Shown: positions 17,557-27,705, counted from the first letter of the stretch. The stretch: DNA of 64,000 nt from Bacillota bacterium (GCA_021846565.1 JAJZWS010000002.1:21612-85611), one strand, 5' to 3'. Notes: a model not told the origin generated them from the letters alone. Made by a program: numbers and translations.

Positions 17557-18074
17557 CAGGCGGAACCACCGTCCACGCGGCACCACCTGAAAGCCCGCTC
17601 GGGCGTAGGCGGCGGCCGGGGCCGGATAGTCCGTCCGCGGTCCCGTGTTGATGAACACCTCGCGACCCCCCCACTGCGCCACGATATCGGACACGGCGCG
17701 CCACAGCGCCCTGGCCAACCCGAGACGCCGGTGCGCGGCCACGACGCCCAGCGGTTCGACTTCGGCCGTAAGGGTCGCGGGATCCCACCAGCCCAGACAC
17801 GACGCGGCCCGCGTGCCGTCCGGGGCCTCGACCACCAGGTCCATCCGCGCATCATAGAGGCAGGTGTGGCGGACGGCGGTGTAATCCGACGCCGTGAACC
17901 GGCTCGTTTGGTCCGGGGATACGTCGGGTGAAACGCGGACCCCCACGGGAGGTCGATCGGCCGCCAGGCCGCCCGGTGCACGTCGACACGGGCCGCGTGC
18001 TCGCCGGGCCCGGTGGGACGCACGCGATAGCCCGGGGGGAGCCCCGGATCTTCACGCTGCGCGCGGCGCATCAT
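17557..18074 (-). pseudogene. GNAT-family N-acetyltransferase, frameshifted
   Basis: The N-terminus (MMRRAQREDPGLPPGYRVRP..HRAAWRP) and the acetyl-CoA-binding core (LGVVAAHRRLGLARALW..AYARAGF) are in different frames, breaking near 17940. No native stop follows the core. Confidence 0.5.
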
Positions 18075-18161
18075 GCCCACCGCGCTGCCCTCTAAGCCCC
18101 GCCGGCTGTCAGGCACAAACTCCGCCGCGGCGGCGGCATCAGCGAGAGCCCGGCCGCCGTC

Positions 18162-18440
18162 TCACACCACGACCGTGGGCAAACTCGACGCTTCGCCTTC
18201 CACGGCCCAGCCAATCAGGTGGGTAGCGACGTCGGGGTGGCTGGGGTCGACCTGCACGGCCCCGGGCTGGCCCCGGCCCATCCCACCACCTGCGCGCCGG
18301 CGCGTGCCACAGCCATCTCGCTGGTGTCGGCAGAACTTCTGCCACGCATCGAGGTGCATCGGCATCCCCCTTGTGCGCCATGCATTCGGCGCGGAGGGTT
18401 GGAATCCGGCCGGCAGTGGGCGCCGGGTGAGTCGCCCCAC
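18162..18440 (-). pseudogene. degraded paralogue of the MbtH-like gene at 19812-20090
   Basis: The C-terminus AVQVDPSHPDVATHLIGWAVEGEASSLPTVVV parallels AVKADPSHPAPADHLLRWAVHTETSGTPALVV. The upstream part (SEMAVARAGAQVVGWAGAS) aligns only in another frame. The shift sits at a G run. Confidence 0.35.
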
Positions 18441-18533
18441 CGCGGAGGGGCCGTGCCGTGGCGGCGTTTCAGTGCCAGGACACGAGCTTGTACCTAAAGG
18501 GCCGACAACCCTCGCGACGCTGCCGACTCAGAT

Positions 18534-19805
18534 TCACGGAGACGGGTTGCGCGGTGCGGACGCCCCCGGGCGATACTCCTGATCCAGCGCGTGATGGGCG
18601 GGAGGGTTGAAGCGGGCAACCAGTGCGACCACGCCAATGGTCCCGAATCCGAGCGCTTGTGCCCACAAGGCGGAAACCGCCCCGAAGCGGTTCATGGCCC
18701 AGCTGCCGAGGAGCAGTCCCAGTGGCACGCTGATGCCGCCTGTCAGCAGGAACAAGGATTGCATGACCCGCCCGACCAGGGGCGCCGGCGCCGTGCGTTG
18801 AACCGAGGACACGATGGGCACCGATAGGACAGTCGTGACAAACCATATAGCGCCGTAGCCAAGAATGGCGACGGGCAGGTCCCGAAAAATCAACGTGAGG
18901 GCCAGAGTCACACCGGACCCCCACGTCCCGATGCGGAGCCAAGTCTGCAAGGTCAGCCGAGGTGCCAGGCGTGTCACGAGCAGACCAGCGCCGACGCTTC
19001 CTAGACCACTCGCGGCCTCGATGAATCCATACCCTTCTGTGCCCAGGTGGAGGACGAGCCGGCTGAACACCAGAGAGAAAATCTGCATCGGCCCGAAGAC
19101 CAGATTCATCGGCGCGATCAGCAGGATGAGCCGACGGAGGTAGCTGTCGCGCCATAGGTAGCGAACGCCCGCGACACTTTCGCGGAGGAAACCCAACAGA
19201 CCCCCCTCGGTATCCGAGCGAACATCCGGCAGCCTCAGGATGGCGAGCACGGCCCCGCTGCACAGGAAGCTCACGCCGTCGACCAGCAGCGCCCCCGCCG
19301 GGGTCAACCACGCGACCAGCAGGCCCCCGACCGCAAAGCTCCCGATGCTGAGACTGGACGTCACGGCGGCCCACAGGCCGTTGGCTCGGGTCAGATGTTC
19401 GGGCGGGACCATGCGCGGAAACACCGATGTGATGGCCGGTGTAAACAGCAGCCCGCCGACCGCGAGGAGTCCCATGACGCCGACGAAAACGCCGGTGACG
19501 GGGTGGTGATCCAACAAGAGAAGGCCAGCGGACAGCACCAAGAGACCCCGTCCGCAATCCACGAACACCAACACCGATTTCTTCGGCCACCGGTCCGCCA
19601 GGGTGGCCAACGGGAGTCCGAAGACGATCGAGGGCAATGATCCCGCCAGGGGGATGAGAGCGGCCAACACGACCGAGTGAGAGGTGGTCAGCACCACCCA
19701 GCTTGTGGCGAGCGTAAAGAGGACATCCCCGACCCGAGATACGATGCGACTCACCAGCAGAGTCGTGAAGCCTCGGGACTCGCGAAGCCACTGCACGCCG
19801 CTCAC
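18534..19805 (-). CDS. MFS transporter (EntS/MFS_3-like)
   Basis: 423 aa, about 12 hydrophobic segments, with LADRWPKK after TM2. The GTG start lies 6 nt after the upstream small gene's stop. Confidence 0.85.
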   Translation of the reverse strand: MSGVQWLRESRGFTTLLVSRIVSRVGDVLFTLATSWVVLTTSHSVVLAALIPLAGSLPSIVFGLPLATLADRWPKKSVLVFVDCGRGLLVLSAGLLLLDHHPVTGVFVGVMGLLAVGGLLFTPAITSVFPRMVPPEHLTRANGLWAAVTSSLSIGSFAVGGLLVAWLTPAGALLVDGVSFLCSGAVLAILRLPDVRSDTEGGLLGFLRESVAGVRYLWRDSYLRRLILLIAPMNLVFGPMQIFSLVFSRLVLHLGTEGYGFIEAASGLGSVGAGLLVTRLAPRLTLQTWLRIGTWGSGVTLALTLIFRDLPVAILGYGAIWFVTTVLSVPIVSSVQRTAPAPLVGRVMQSLFLLTGGISVPLGLLLGSWAMNRFGAVSALWAQALGFGTIGVVALVARFNPPAHHALDQEYRPGASAPRNPSP

Positions 19806-19811
19806 AAGGGA

Positions 19812-20090
19812 TCACACCACGAGCGCCGGCGTACCCGACGTTTCGGTATGGACGGCCCAGCGGAGCAGGTGGTCCGCGGGGGCAGGGTGACTAGGGTCGG
19901 CCTTAACGGCCATCTCGTCCAGGCTGGGCCCGGCCCATCCCCCCCAGCGCTCGCTGTCCCGCGCCACCACGAGTTCGCTGACGAGCGGGCCGATAGCCAT
20001 GGACCAGCCCGGCCCGCCTGGATGGGGGCCGCCTGGCCAGAGGCGACTCGCCAGCTGGCCGTCTCGCTCGTGTCCGCTGGGCTCTGCCAC
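19812..20090 (-). CDS. MbtH-like small protein with a C-terminal extension (tentative)
   Basis: SRLWP..PGGPGW..ERWGGWAGPSLDEMAV follows the MbtH pattern SLWP..PaGW..nWtDmRPkSLrdam, recalled from memory. Start codon uncertain. Confidence 0.45.
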   Translation of the reverse strand: MAEPSGHERDGQLASRLWPGGPHPGGPGWSMAIGPLVSELVVARDSERWGGWAGPSLDEMAVKADPSHPAPADHLLRWAVHTETSGTPALVV

Positions 20091-20094
20091 GACC

Positions 20095-20884
20095 TCATGT
20101 GGACGGGCATCGCCGTCGCACCACCTTCCAGAGGTAGTCGAGGGGGTCGGTCACGTCGAACAGGCCGGCAGTTCCGCGAACCGGCGAATGAGCGGTGCGT
20201 GCCCAGCACATAAAGGGCAAACACGCGGTCGCTGGGCGAAGCCGCGAGGCGAACCAGGTTCGCAAAGATGGTGAGATTCCGGTGGTACCATCCGGCGAGC
20301 CATCCCACCTCCACGGGATCGGCGGGATCGCCCACCAGCTCCAAGACCCCCAGGTACATCCGATGGGGGGATTGTGCCTCCCGAGGGCTGTTCAGCCAGC
20401 GCAAGAGGTCGCGCACGGTCCCCTGCGCGAGGATGCGGCCCATTTCGCTAATGTGGGTCTGACCGATCTGTTGCATGCGCCGGTGGAGGGGCGGCTGGTG
20501 GGCCGCCGCGTACGCCCAAGGGTTCGGAAGGGCCATCCCCGTCGCCGCGGGGTCCTCGTCGTCCCAGTCCACCACCGTGATCCGGGCAACGGATGCCTGG
20601 GCAGCAACCCGGAACCCAAGTGGGTGCCGCTCGTCGCGGGTGAGCGCGAAGGCGCCTGCCTGATACGCGCCGTAGTCCTGCTGCCAGTCGCCGGCCATGC
20701 GCCAGTTGCGCTCGATGGCCACCTGGGAGGGGCGGAACGGGGCCAGCCGTGCGACCACGTGGGCGATTTCTGCCTGCCGACGGTCGGTCAGCACGTCGTC
20801 CGCGTCGAGGTTGAATGCGTCGCGGCCGGGGTTCATCATGTGGTAACTGCCAAGCACCAGCAGCTTGAGCGACTGGTTGTCCGT
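20095..20884 (-). pseudogene. DUF5694-like protein with a lost start codon and two C-terminal frameshifts
   Basis: LLVLGSYHMMNPGRDAFNLDADDVLTDRRQAEI. ACG occupies the RBS-spaced start position (AGGAG + 9 nt). The tail reads correctly (YGAGHAPLIRRFAELPGLFDVTDPLDYL) only if a single G is restored at each of two sites. Confidence 0.55.
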
Positions 20885-21076
20885 TGGGGCTCACTCCTCT
20901 CAGGGCGAGCAAAAAGGCCGTGGCTGGGGGATTCGGCGCGGGGGGATAGAGTCCTGCCGCGCGGGGAGTCGTGTGGTGGTGGCCATTCTGGCGCGCCGCC
21001 ACGCTCCCGGCGCCGACCGGGCCACACCGCGCCGAACTTCTGTCAGCAGCAACGCGAAGGGTGTCGTCACGGACAT

Positions 21077-21896
21077 TACTTCCCCACCCGCGGCTTGACG
21101 GCGCCGCCGCCAAACATCTTGGGCGGGAACACGCCCTCCGCCATCTTCAGAGTTGGCATGGGGCCCATCGGCGTGCCGTTGAGCAACCGGAAACAGCTGA
21201 GAGACCTGGGCAGCCCAGGCCCGTGTGCCGGATACACCGCGCAGGCGAAGTTGTCGAAGCGCGCATCCCGTGTAATACCCGGGCGGTATCGTGGGCGAGG
21301 CGTTCACCACGTGGGACGGCCACCGACGCCAGATGAGGGTGCCTGAGGACCTGGACCGCCTGCACCACGGCTTTCCACATATCAGCCGGCCCACTCGCCG
21401 ACGCCGGCTTGGGTGGTCGGAGCGCGTCCGTCACCCCGTTCGCACCAGACTGTGCCGGGGTCATGGGACTCCCGGGCCACCGTGACGTTCAGCCCGGGGG
21501 CCCGGCGAGACCGCACAAACGACATGGAACGGCTGTAGAACCCTTCGAACCCCGGATCCGGACCGCCGCCAGTGCAGCGCCACCCCATTTTTCGAAAGGT
21601 TGTCGTGTACCACCACGCCACACGCGGCCCAGTGAGCGGAACCACAAACGTGCTGCGACCCTCCAGGCAATAAACCACCCCCGGGATAGGATCGACGTGA
21701 TGTGGGTCTCCGCCGGCGGCTCCACGGATCCGGTGGGAACGGGCAGCGTTTCGGGCAGCACCGGGGGCACCCACGCTGGCGGGCCGGGGGCGGAGGAGCT
21801 GTCCCGGAGCCACACGGCCACCGTGGGGCCGATGGTCGGCGCACCGGCATCCAGCACCCGGGCCGCCAGCGCGACTAGTCGCCTCACGGCGTGCAT
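21077..21896 (-). pseudogene. hypothetical secreted protein split over several frames
   Basis: Protein-like fragments run in series: MHAVRRLVALAARVL.., DPIPGVVYCLEGRSTFVVPLTGPRVAWWYTTTF.., SHVVNASPTIPPGYYTG, ARFDNFACAVYPAHGPG..GGGAVKPRVGK-stop. Each lies in a different frame. Confidence 0.35.
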
Positions 21897-22050
21897 CCGC
21901 CTCTCGCCCCCGGCCTCGCGGTGGAAGTTGCCGCTTAGGCTTCTCAAACGCTGGGCCGTGTCATCTGGCTCCTGTCGCAGCCGTGCTTCACGGACGACGC
22001 AACCGTCGTTGACAGTCTGGCGGCGCCCGGGCTGTTGTGGTACAGTGAAG

Positions 22051-22134
22051 CCACGCTAGGGGAGCCCGATGCCGGGCTGAGAGGCTGGTGCCGACCCTTA
22101 GACCTGATCTGGATAATGCCAGCGTAGGGAAGCG
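22051..22134 (+). promoter_or_regulatory. TPP (THI-box) riboswitch
   Basis: CTAGGGGAGCC..GGCTGAGAGG..ACCCTTAGACCTGATCTGGATAATGCCAGCGTAGGGAAGC matches the THI-box core almost exactly. Confidence 0.9.
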
Positions 22135-22144
22135 GACGGACGAG

Positions 22145-22176
22145 GAGCCGCCGGCTGGCGCGCTCTTTATTGTTTT
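22145..22176 (+). terminator. riboswitch expression-platform intrinsic terminator
   Basis: GAGCCGCC-GGCT-GGCGCGCTC stem (8 bp with one bulge) followed by TTTATTGTTTT. Confidence 0.6.
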
Positions 22177-22214
22177 GCGACTTACCTGGCCACACCGCGT
22201 AAGGAGGCGGTTTT

Positions 22215-23639
22215 GTGGCAGCAGCATCGGGAGATCAAGCGTGGCGCATCGAGCAGAACGGGGCCAATCCGGTTTCGGATGGCGAGCGGCATGCGAGTCC
22301 CGGCAACTTGTTTTGGGTGTGGTTTGCGGCCAATCTGGCCATTGTGGGTCTTGTGCTGGGGGCGGTGGCCATGTCCTACGGACTGTCGCTGGCCCAGGGG
22401 TTTCTGGTGCTGACCGGCGTGGGGTCGTTTGCGCTCATCGGGTACTTTGCCATTCCGGGGACGCGCACGGGGGTTCCGACCATGGTGCTGAGCCGCGCGT
22501 CTTTTGGAACCCGGGGCAACGTGTTTCCCAGCCTGGTGTCGTGGCTGAACCTCGTGGGCTGGGAGACGGTGGTGCTGGTGGTGGCCACGCTGGCCCTGGA
22601 GGCCGCCGGGCACGCTGCCTTTGGGTGGGCGCCCACCTGGCCGGTCGCCGTGGGCTCGCTGGCGCTGGTGATGGGCGTGGCGTTTTCTGTGGCGCTTTTG
22701 GGCCACGCCACACTGGTGCGCGTCCAGACGGCCTTCAGCTATGTTTTTGGCGCCATGACGGTGGTGGTGGCCGCCCTACTGCTGCCACATGTGCAGTGGG
22801 CGGCCCTGGCACGGATTCCGGACGGCCCTTGGCTCACCGGGGTGCTGCCGGCTTTTTCGGTGGTGGTGGCGGGGACGGGACTCTCCTGGGTCAATACCGC
22901 CAGCGACTATACGCGCTATCTGCCCCGAACGACCCCGAGCCGCCGCATTTGGAGCGCTACCACTTGGGGGTCCGTCATTCCCGCCGCGGCGCTCATGCTG
23001 CTGGGCCTCCTGCTTTACGGCGGGCATGCCGGCCTGGCCACCACGGCGAATCCCATTGGGTATTTGCAGACGATGCTGCCCAGTGGGCTCGCGGTGCCCT
23101 ATCTGCTGACGGCGGTGGCCAGCATGGTGACCGGGGACATTCTGGACATCTACTCGTCGGGATTAAGTCTGCTTGCCGCGGAGATTCGCATTCCCCGCTA
23201 CCGGACCGTGTTTGTGGATGCCGTGCTGTCGGTGGCCGGCAGTTTGTACGTCCTGCTGGCGGCCGCCCAGTCGTTCATGGGGACGTTCGAGGCGTTTTTG
23301 AGCCTCTTGGCGGGGGTGCTGGCGCCATGGGCCGGCGTGTTTTTGGTGGATCTGGCGACGCGGCTTAAGCCTGGGGTGGTGGTTGCGGAACTTTATCGTG
23401 GAAGGGCGTCCCTCTACGGCGCGTATCGTATGCCGGCGCTGGTGGCCTGGGGGGCGGGATTGGTCGTGGCGGCGCTTTTCAGTTCCACGACGGTGTATCA
23501 GGGACCGTTGGCCACTGGCGTGTTTCAGGGATCGGACCTGGGCTTTTTGGTGGCGTTTGCGGCGAGCGTCCTGATTTACGGCGGCTGGCCGCGGGGGCAG
23601 CAACCGGAAATGACCGTCGCGTCGGAGCGGTCCACCTAA
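22215..23639 (+). CDS. NCS1-family permease, likely a thiamine-precursor (HMP) transporter, CytX-like
   Basis: 474 aa polytopic protein with NLFWVWFAAN and SRASFGTRGN. First gene after the TPP riboswitch. AAGGAGG RBS. Confidence 0.75.
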   Translation: MAAASGDQAWRIEQNGANPVSDGERHASPGNLFWVWFAANLAIVGLVLGAVAMSYGLSLAQGFLVLTGVGSFALIGYFAIPGTRTGVPTMVLSRASFGTRGNVFPSLVSWLNLVGWETVVLVVATLALEAAGHAAFGWAPTWPVAVGSLALVMGVAFSVALLGHATLVRVQTAFSYVFGAMTVVVAALLLPHVQWAALARIPDGPWLTGVLPAFSVVVAGTGLSWVNTASDYTRYLPRTTPSRRIWSATTWGSVIPAAALMLLGLLLYGGHAGLATTANPIGYLQTMLPSGLAVPYLLTAVASMVTGDILDIYSSGLSLLAAEIRIPRYRTVFVDAVLSVAGSLYVLLAAAQSFMGTFEAFLSLLAGVLAPWAGVFLVDLATRLKPGVVVAELYRGRASLYGAYRMPALVAWGAGLVVAALFSSTTVYQGPLATGVFQGSDLGFLVAFAASVLIYGGWPRGQQPEMTVASERST

Positions 23640-24238
23640 TGCTGGTCGCGGTGTTGGATGTGCCGCGGGCGCCGGCCGACTGGCCCAAAGTCGCCGCGCG
23701 GTGTGCCCCCTGGGTGGATGTGTTCATTCTTCGGGCGAAGACCCAGCCGGCGGCCACACAAAGTGGCTTGGCGACGCGGCTGGTGGAGGCGGTCGGAGGT
23801 CGGCCGGTGCTGGTGGCGGACCGGCTCGACGTGGCCATGGCCCTAGGCGTAGCAGGCGTGCATCTTCCCGACGACGGCCTCGCGCCGTCCGACGCCCGCC
23901 GGCTGTGGCCCAGCGGCGTGGTATCCCGGGCGGTCCACAGCGTCGAGGACGTGGACCGCGCGACGGGTGCCGATTGGCTGGTGTTTGGCCACCTGTTTCC
24001 CACGCGGTCGAAACCAGGGCTCGAGCCCCGGGGGCTGGAATTGGCCGCCCAAGTGGTGCGGCGGTCGCGGATGCCGGTCGTGGGCATTGGGGGGGTGGAT
24101 CCCGCGCGCGCCCGGGCGGTGCACGACGCGGGGTTGGCCGGGGTGGCCGTGGTGGACGCGCTCTGGCTCGCTCCCGACCCGGAGAGCGCGGCGCGCGAGC
24201 TGGCGGCTCCCTGGGTGGCGCACGGTGGCGGAACGTAG
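23639..24238 (+). CDS. thiamine-phosphate synthase family protein (ThiE/TenI)
   Basis: VLVADRLDVAMALGVAGVHL, FGHLFPTRSKPG, PVVGIGGV. The position before thiS-thiG-thiF resembles Bacillus tenI. ThiE versus TenI is not resolved. Confidence 0.75.
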   Translation: MLVAVLDVPRAPADWPKVAARCAPWVDVFILRAKTQPAATQSGLATRLVEAVGGRPVLVADRLDVAMALGVAGVHLPDDGLAPSDARRLWPSGVVSRAVHSVEDVDRATGADWLVFGHLFPTRSKPGLEPRGLELAAQVVRRSRMPVVGIGGVDPARARAVHDAGLAGVAVVDALWLAPDPESAARELAAPWVAHGGGT

Positions 24239-24250
24239 GGAGGTGATGGC

Positions 24251-24451
24251 GTGGAGCTGAAGGTGAACGGCAGTTGGCGAGAAACCCCAGAGCTAGCCAC
24301 ACTTGGGTCACTGCTGACCCACCTGGGGGTCACCCACCAGGCGGTGGGGGTGCTTCAAAACGGCCAGGTGGTCGCTCGCGAGGCGTTTGATCGCGAGCCA
24401 TTGCACAACCGCGACGAGTTGGAAATCGTCCGGTTTGTTGGTGGCGGGTAG
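24251..24451 (+). CDS. thiS: sulfur carrier protein ThiS
   Basis: 66 aa ending in VGGG. GGGAGGTG RBS. Confidence 0.85.
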   Translation: MELKVNGSWRETPELATLGSLLTHLGVTHQAVGVLQNGQVVAREAFDREPLHNRDELEIVRFVGGG

Positions 24452-24471
24452 CGCGACGAAAGGAGAACGAC

Positions 24472-25293
24472 ATGACAGATCAGGAGAGGGCCGGGATGGT
24501 GCCTGGGGACATGGGACCGTGGAGCGTGGGGGGCCAGGCGTTCCGCTCGCGACTCATCGTGGGCACGGGCAAATACGCCACCTGGGACGGGATGCGGGAT
24601 GCCATTCAGGCCTCGGGGACGGAGCTGGTCACCGTGGCGGTGCGGCGGGTGAACATTGATCAGCCGGATGAGCCGTCGTTGCTGGAATACGTGCCCAAAG
24701 GCGTGACGCTGCTGCCCAACACGGCGGGCGCCTACACGGCCGAGGAGGCCGTACTGACGGCGCGGCTGGCCCGGGCGGCCGGCCTCGGCAGCCTGGTCAA
24801 GCTGGAGGTGATTGGCGATGCGGAGCTGTTGTGGCCCGACCCAGTGGCCACGTACGAGGCCACGCGGCAGCTGGTTGACGAGGGGTTCACCGTCATGGTG
24901 TACACCACGCCCGATCCCGTGCTGGCGCGGCGGCTGGCAGAGGCGGGCGCAGCGGCCGTAATGCCGCTGGGCTCACCGATCGGCTCGGGGCAGGGCGTGC
25001 TGGATGTGTCCGCCGTGGCGCTCATCAAGGAGCGGGTCGATGTACCCGTGGTGGTGGACGCGGGCATCGGGAGCCCGGCCGACGCGGCACTGGCCATCGA
25101 GGCCGGCGCGGACGCGGTGCTCATCAACACGGCGATTGCCCAGGCCCAGCATCCGGTGCAGATGGCCCGAGCCATGCGGCTGGCCGTCGACGCGGCAATT
25201 TTGGGCCGCGCCGCCGGGCGCATGGCCCGCCGGGATCGGGCGGTGGCGTCCTCGCCCAACACGGGTGTGGTCACGGTCGCCTCCCCGTCATGA
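24472..25293 (+). CDS. thiG: thiazole synthase
   Basis: SRLIVGTGKY, LLPNTAG, KLEVIGD, MPLGSPIGSGQG, VVVDAGIG. Confidence 0.9.
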   Translation: MTDQERAGMVPGDMGPWSVGGQAFRSRLIVGTGKYATWDGMRDAIQASGTELVTVAVRRVNIDQPDEPSLLEYVPKGVTLLPNTAGAYTAEEAVLTARLARAAGLGSLVKLEVIGDAELLWPDPVATYEATRQLVDEGFTVMVYTTPDPVLARRLAEAGAAAVMPLGSPIGSGQGVLDVSAVALIKERVDVPVVVDAGIGSPADAALAIEAGADAVLINTAIAQAQHPVQMARAMRLAVDAAILGRAAGRMARRDRAVASSPNTGVVTVASPS

Positions 25294-26069
25294 AGGGCGT
25301 GGGCGGCGACCCGGGTTTTCCGGTGGTGCGGGATGTGGACCGGGTACGGCGCCTACTCGCGCTGCCCGACGTGCGGCCCGCCATGCTGGACAAACTGGCG
25401 GGCGCCACGGTGGCCATGGTGGGGATGGGGGGCCTCGGTTGTGGGAGCGCCCCGTACCTGGCGGCGGCCGGGGTGGGCCGCCTCGTCCTCATTGACCCCG
25501 GCCGCGTGGCGGCGACGGACTTGGGGCGGCAGATTCTCTACGGGGCGGCGGACCTAGGTGGGCTCAAGGTGGACGTGGCGGCGGGCCGCCTGGCGCAGCA
25601 GCGTCCCACGCTGTCCATCGTGCGGCACCCGGTGGCCCTCACGGCCGACAATGCGGCCGCGCTCCTCCAGGGCGCGGATGTGGTGGTGGATGGTCTGGAT
25701 GACGGGTCGACCCGCGATGTGCTGAATGCCTGGGCGGTCGGGGGCGGCGCGCCGGTGGTGTTTGGCGGCGCGCTCGGGTACGAGGGCCAGGTGACCGTGG
25801 TGCCGCCCGGGGGTCGGCCTTGTCTGGCGTGCCTGTTCGGCTCGGTGGCGGATGCGTCCGCCGAGTGCAGCGTCGAAGGCGTGCTGGGCCCGCTCGTGGG
25901 AGTGGTAGGATCCCTGCAGGCGGGGGAAGCCCTGAAGTGGATCCTGGGGGTGGGCCACGCGCTCATGGGCCGCCTGTGGCTGGTGGATCTGTTTACCGGG
26001 GCGATGCGCGTGGTGGCGATCCCGGCGCGCCGAGGGTGCCCGGTGTGCGGGGCGGCCGAGGCCCTCTGA
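25290..26069 (+). CDS. thiF: ThiF/MoeB-type adenylyltransferase
   Basis: MVGMGGLGCGSAPYLAAAGVGRLVLID, with CLAC and CPVC pairs. ATGA overlap with thiG. Confidence 0.8.
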   Translation: MKGVGGDPGFPVVRDVDRVRRLLALPDVRPAMLDKLAGATVAMVGMGGLGCGSAPYLAAAGVGRLVLIDPGRVAATDLGRQILYGAADLGGLKVDVAAGRLAQQRPTLSIVRHPVALTADNAAALLQGADVVVDGLDDGSTRDVLNAWAVGGGAPVVFGGALGYEGQVTVVPPGGRPCLACLFGSVADASAECSVEGVLGPLVGVVGSLQAGEALKWILGVGHALMGRLWLVDLFTGAMRVVAIPARRGCPVCGAAEAL

Positions 26070-26106
26070 CGAGAGGCGCCCCAGCGAGGTTGGAGGCGTG
26101 GGGCGC

Positions 26107-27705
26107 ATGGAAAAGGTCCGGATGGCGGAGATCCTAGTGGTGTTTGGCCTCTTTTTTGCCCTCGGGTTGTCGTGGATGGGCATCATGCCACTGTGGCAGG
26201 GCGCCGATGAACCGGCCCACTTTGCCTACGTGCAGTACATGGCCGACCATGTCTTGCCGCCGGTCCAGCACGTGGTGGCACCGGGGCAGCACCCCTGGGA
26301 GTTCAGCGCCTCGCCCGCCGAGACGGTTGCCCTCCAGGCGACCCATCGCAATCGCCTGTTGGCCGGTCCTCAGGGTTGGCTGGCCACAACGCCCAGCGAA
26401 GCCGCTCGGGTGGCCCGCACCGTGAGCCGGGCCAGCGCCGCGGCGGGCGGAGATCGGGCGGGGAGTCAGAACTACGTGGGGATTTATCCGCCTCTCTATT
26501 ATGCGGCGATTGGCCGGACGGCGTCGTGGCTCCATATCCAAAACGTATTTGACCAGGCCTTTATGGCGCGCGGCTTCTCGGCGGGGTTGCTGGGGCTGAC
26601 GGGCATCTTCATCGACCTGGTGGTGGGTTTGGTGATCCCCACGCGGCGCCTGCGCGTCGCGCTCACCGCCGCCTTTGGCCTGCTGTTTCCGACGCTCGGC
26701 ATGCTGGGCGGCACGATTGGGAATGATCTCACGGCCGACGCGGCCAGCCTCGTCGTGTTCTATCTGACGGTGCGGGCCATGACGGCCCAAACCATACGGG
26801 CCGGGACCGCGGCCCTGTTTGGCGCCGTCGCCGGCCTCGTCATCTGGACTAAGGAAGAGGCATATGTGGGGCTGGCGGTGTCCGTGCCCTTTGTGCTGCA
26901 TGCCCTGTGGCGGCGCGTGGGACCGCGCCGGGCTTGGCGCTGGACAGCCGCCGCTGTGGCCATCGGTACGCTCATCGCCGGACCCTGGTTGTGGTTTACG
27001 TGGCACGCCTATCACGCCATCGTACCGCCCCTCACCTATCAAGGGGCGGCGACCGCGCCGCGCACGGTCGCTTGGGTGCTCCACTACCAGTTTTTCAATG
27101 GGGCCTACCTTCGGAATCTGCTGGTGGGCGAGACGGTGTTCGGCATCGTATGGTGGAATCCCTGGTCACTAAACCTGGGAGTGTTCACCGTCATGGCCGT
27201 GACGTACGGCGCGCTCCTGGTCGGCGGATTGGTGGTAGCGGTGAAGCGCCCCGGCTACTGGGTCGCGATTGCCTGGCTGGTCGTGGGACTGGCCGTGCTG
27301 GGCGTCCTGCAAGTGTCCTACGCGGCGGCCACCGGCCTCAGCTTCCTGCAAGGACGTTACTTCTTCTTCCTGCTGGGCCCGTTCTTCTGGCTGGCCGCCC
27401 AAGCGATTCGGCGGATCGCCTGGGTGGCGACTCCCATCCTGCTGGCGGGGGCCGCGACTCTGTCGGGGATGGTGGCCAACGCCACCCTTCAGCGGTTTTA
27501 CCATGCTGGTCTTGCGGCTTATCTGACGGGGCGGACGGTGCCGTTTGGTCCGGCTCGCGCGCTCCTGCTGAGCCGCGTCGCCACAGTGGTGGTCGCGGTG
27601 GCGGTGCTGGCGGTCTTGGGGTCCTTGATCGCGGCCACCGTGCGGCGGAGCAAGGGACGCGTCGCCAATAGTTCTCTCCCCGCCCGAAGCGGCCCGGCTG
27701 GATAA
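26107..27705 (+). CDS. DUF2142-like polytopic membrane protein
   Basis: GADEPAHFAYVQYM near the N-terminus and at least 10 hydrophobic segments. The start is placed at the ATG 10 nt after GGAGG. Confidence 0.6.
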   Translation: MEKVRMAEILVVFGLFFALGLSWMGIMPLWQGADEPAHFAYVQYMADHVLPPVQHVVAPGQHPWEFSASPAETVALQATHRNRLLAGPQGWLATTPSEAARVARTVSRASAAAGGDRAGSQNYVGIYPPLYYAAIGRTASWLHIQNVFDQAFMARGFSAGLLGLTGIFIDLVVGLVIPTRRLRVALTAAFGLLFPTLGMLGGTIGNDLTADAASLVVFYLTVRAMTAQTIRAGTAALFGAVAGLVIWTKEEAYVGLAVSVPFVLHALWRRVGPRRAWRWTAAAVAIGTLIAGPWLWFTWHAYHAIVPPLTYQGAATAPRTVAWVLHYQFFNGAYLRNLLVGETVFGIVWWNPWSLNLGVFTVMAVTYGALLVGGLVVAVKRPGYWVAIAWLVVGLAVLGVLQVSYAAATGLSFLQGRYFFFLLGPFFWLAAQAIRRIAWVATPILLAGAATLSGMVANATLQRFYHAGLAAYLTGRTVPFGPARALLLSRVATVVVAVAVLAVLGSLIAATVRRSKGRVANSSLPARSGPAG

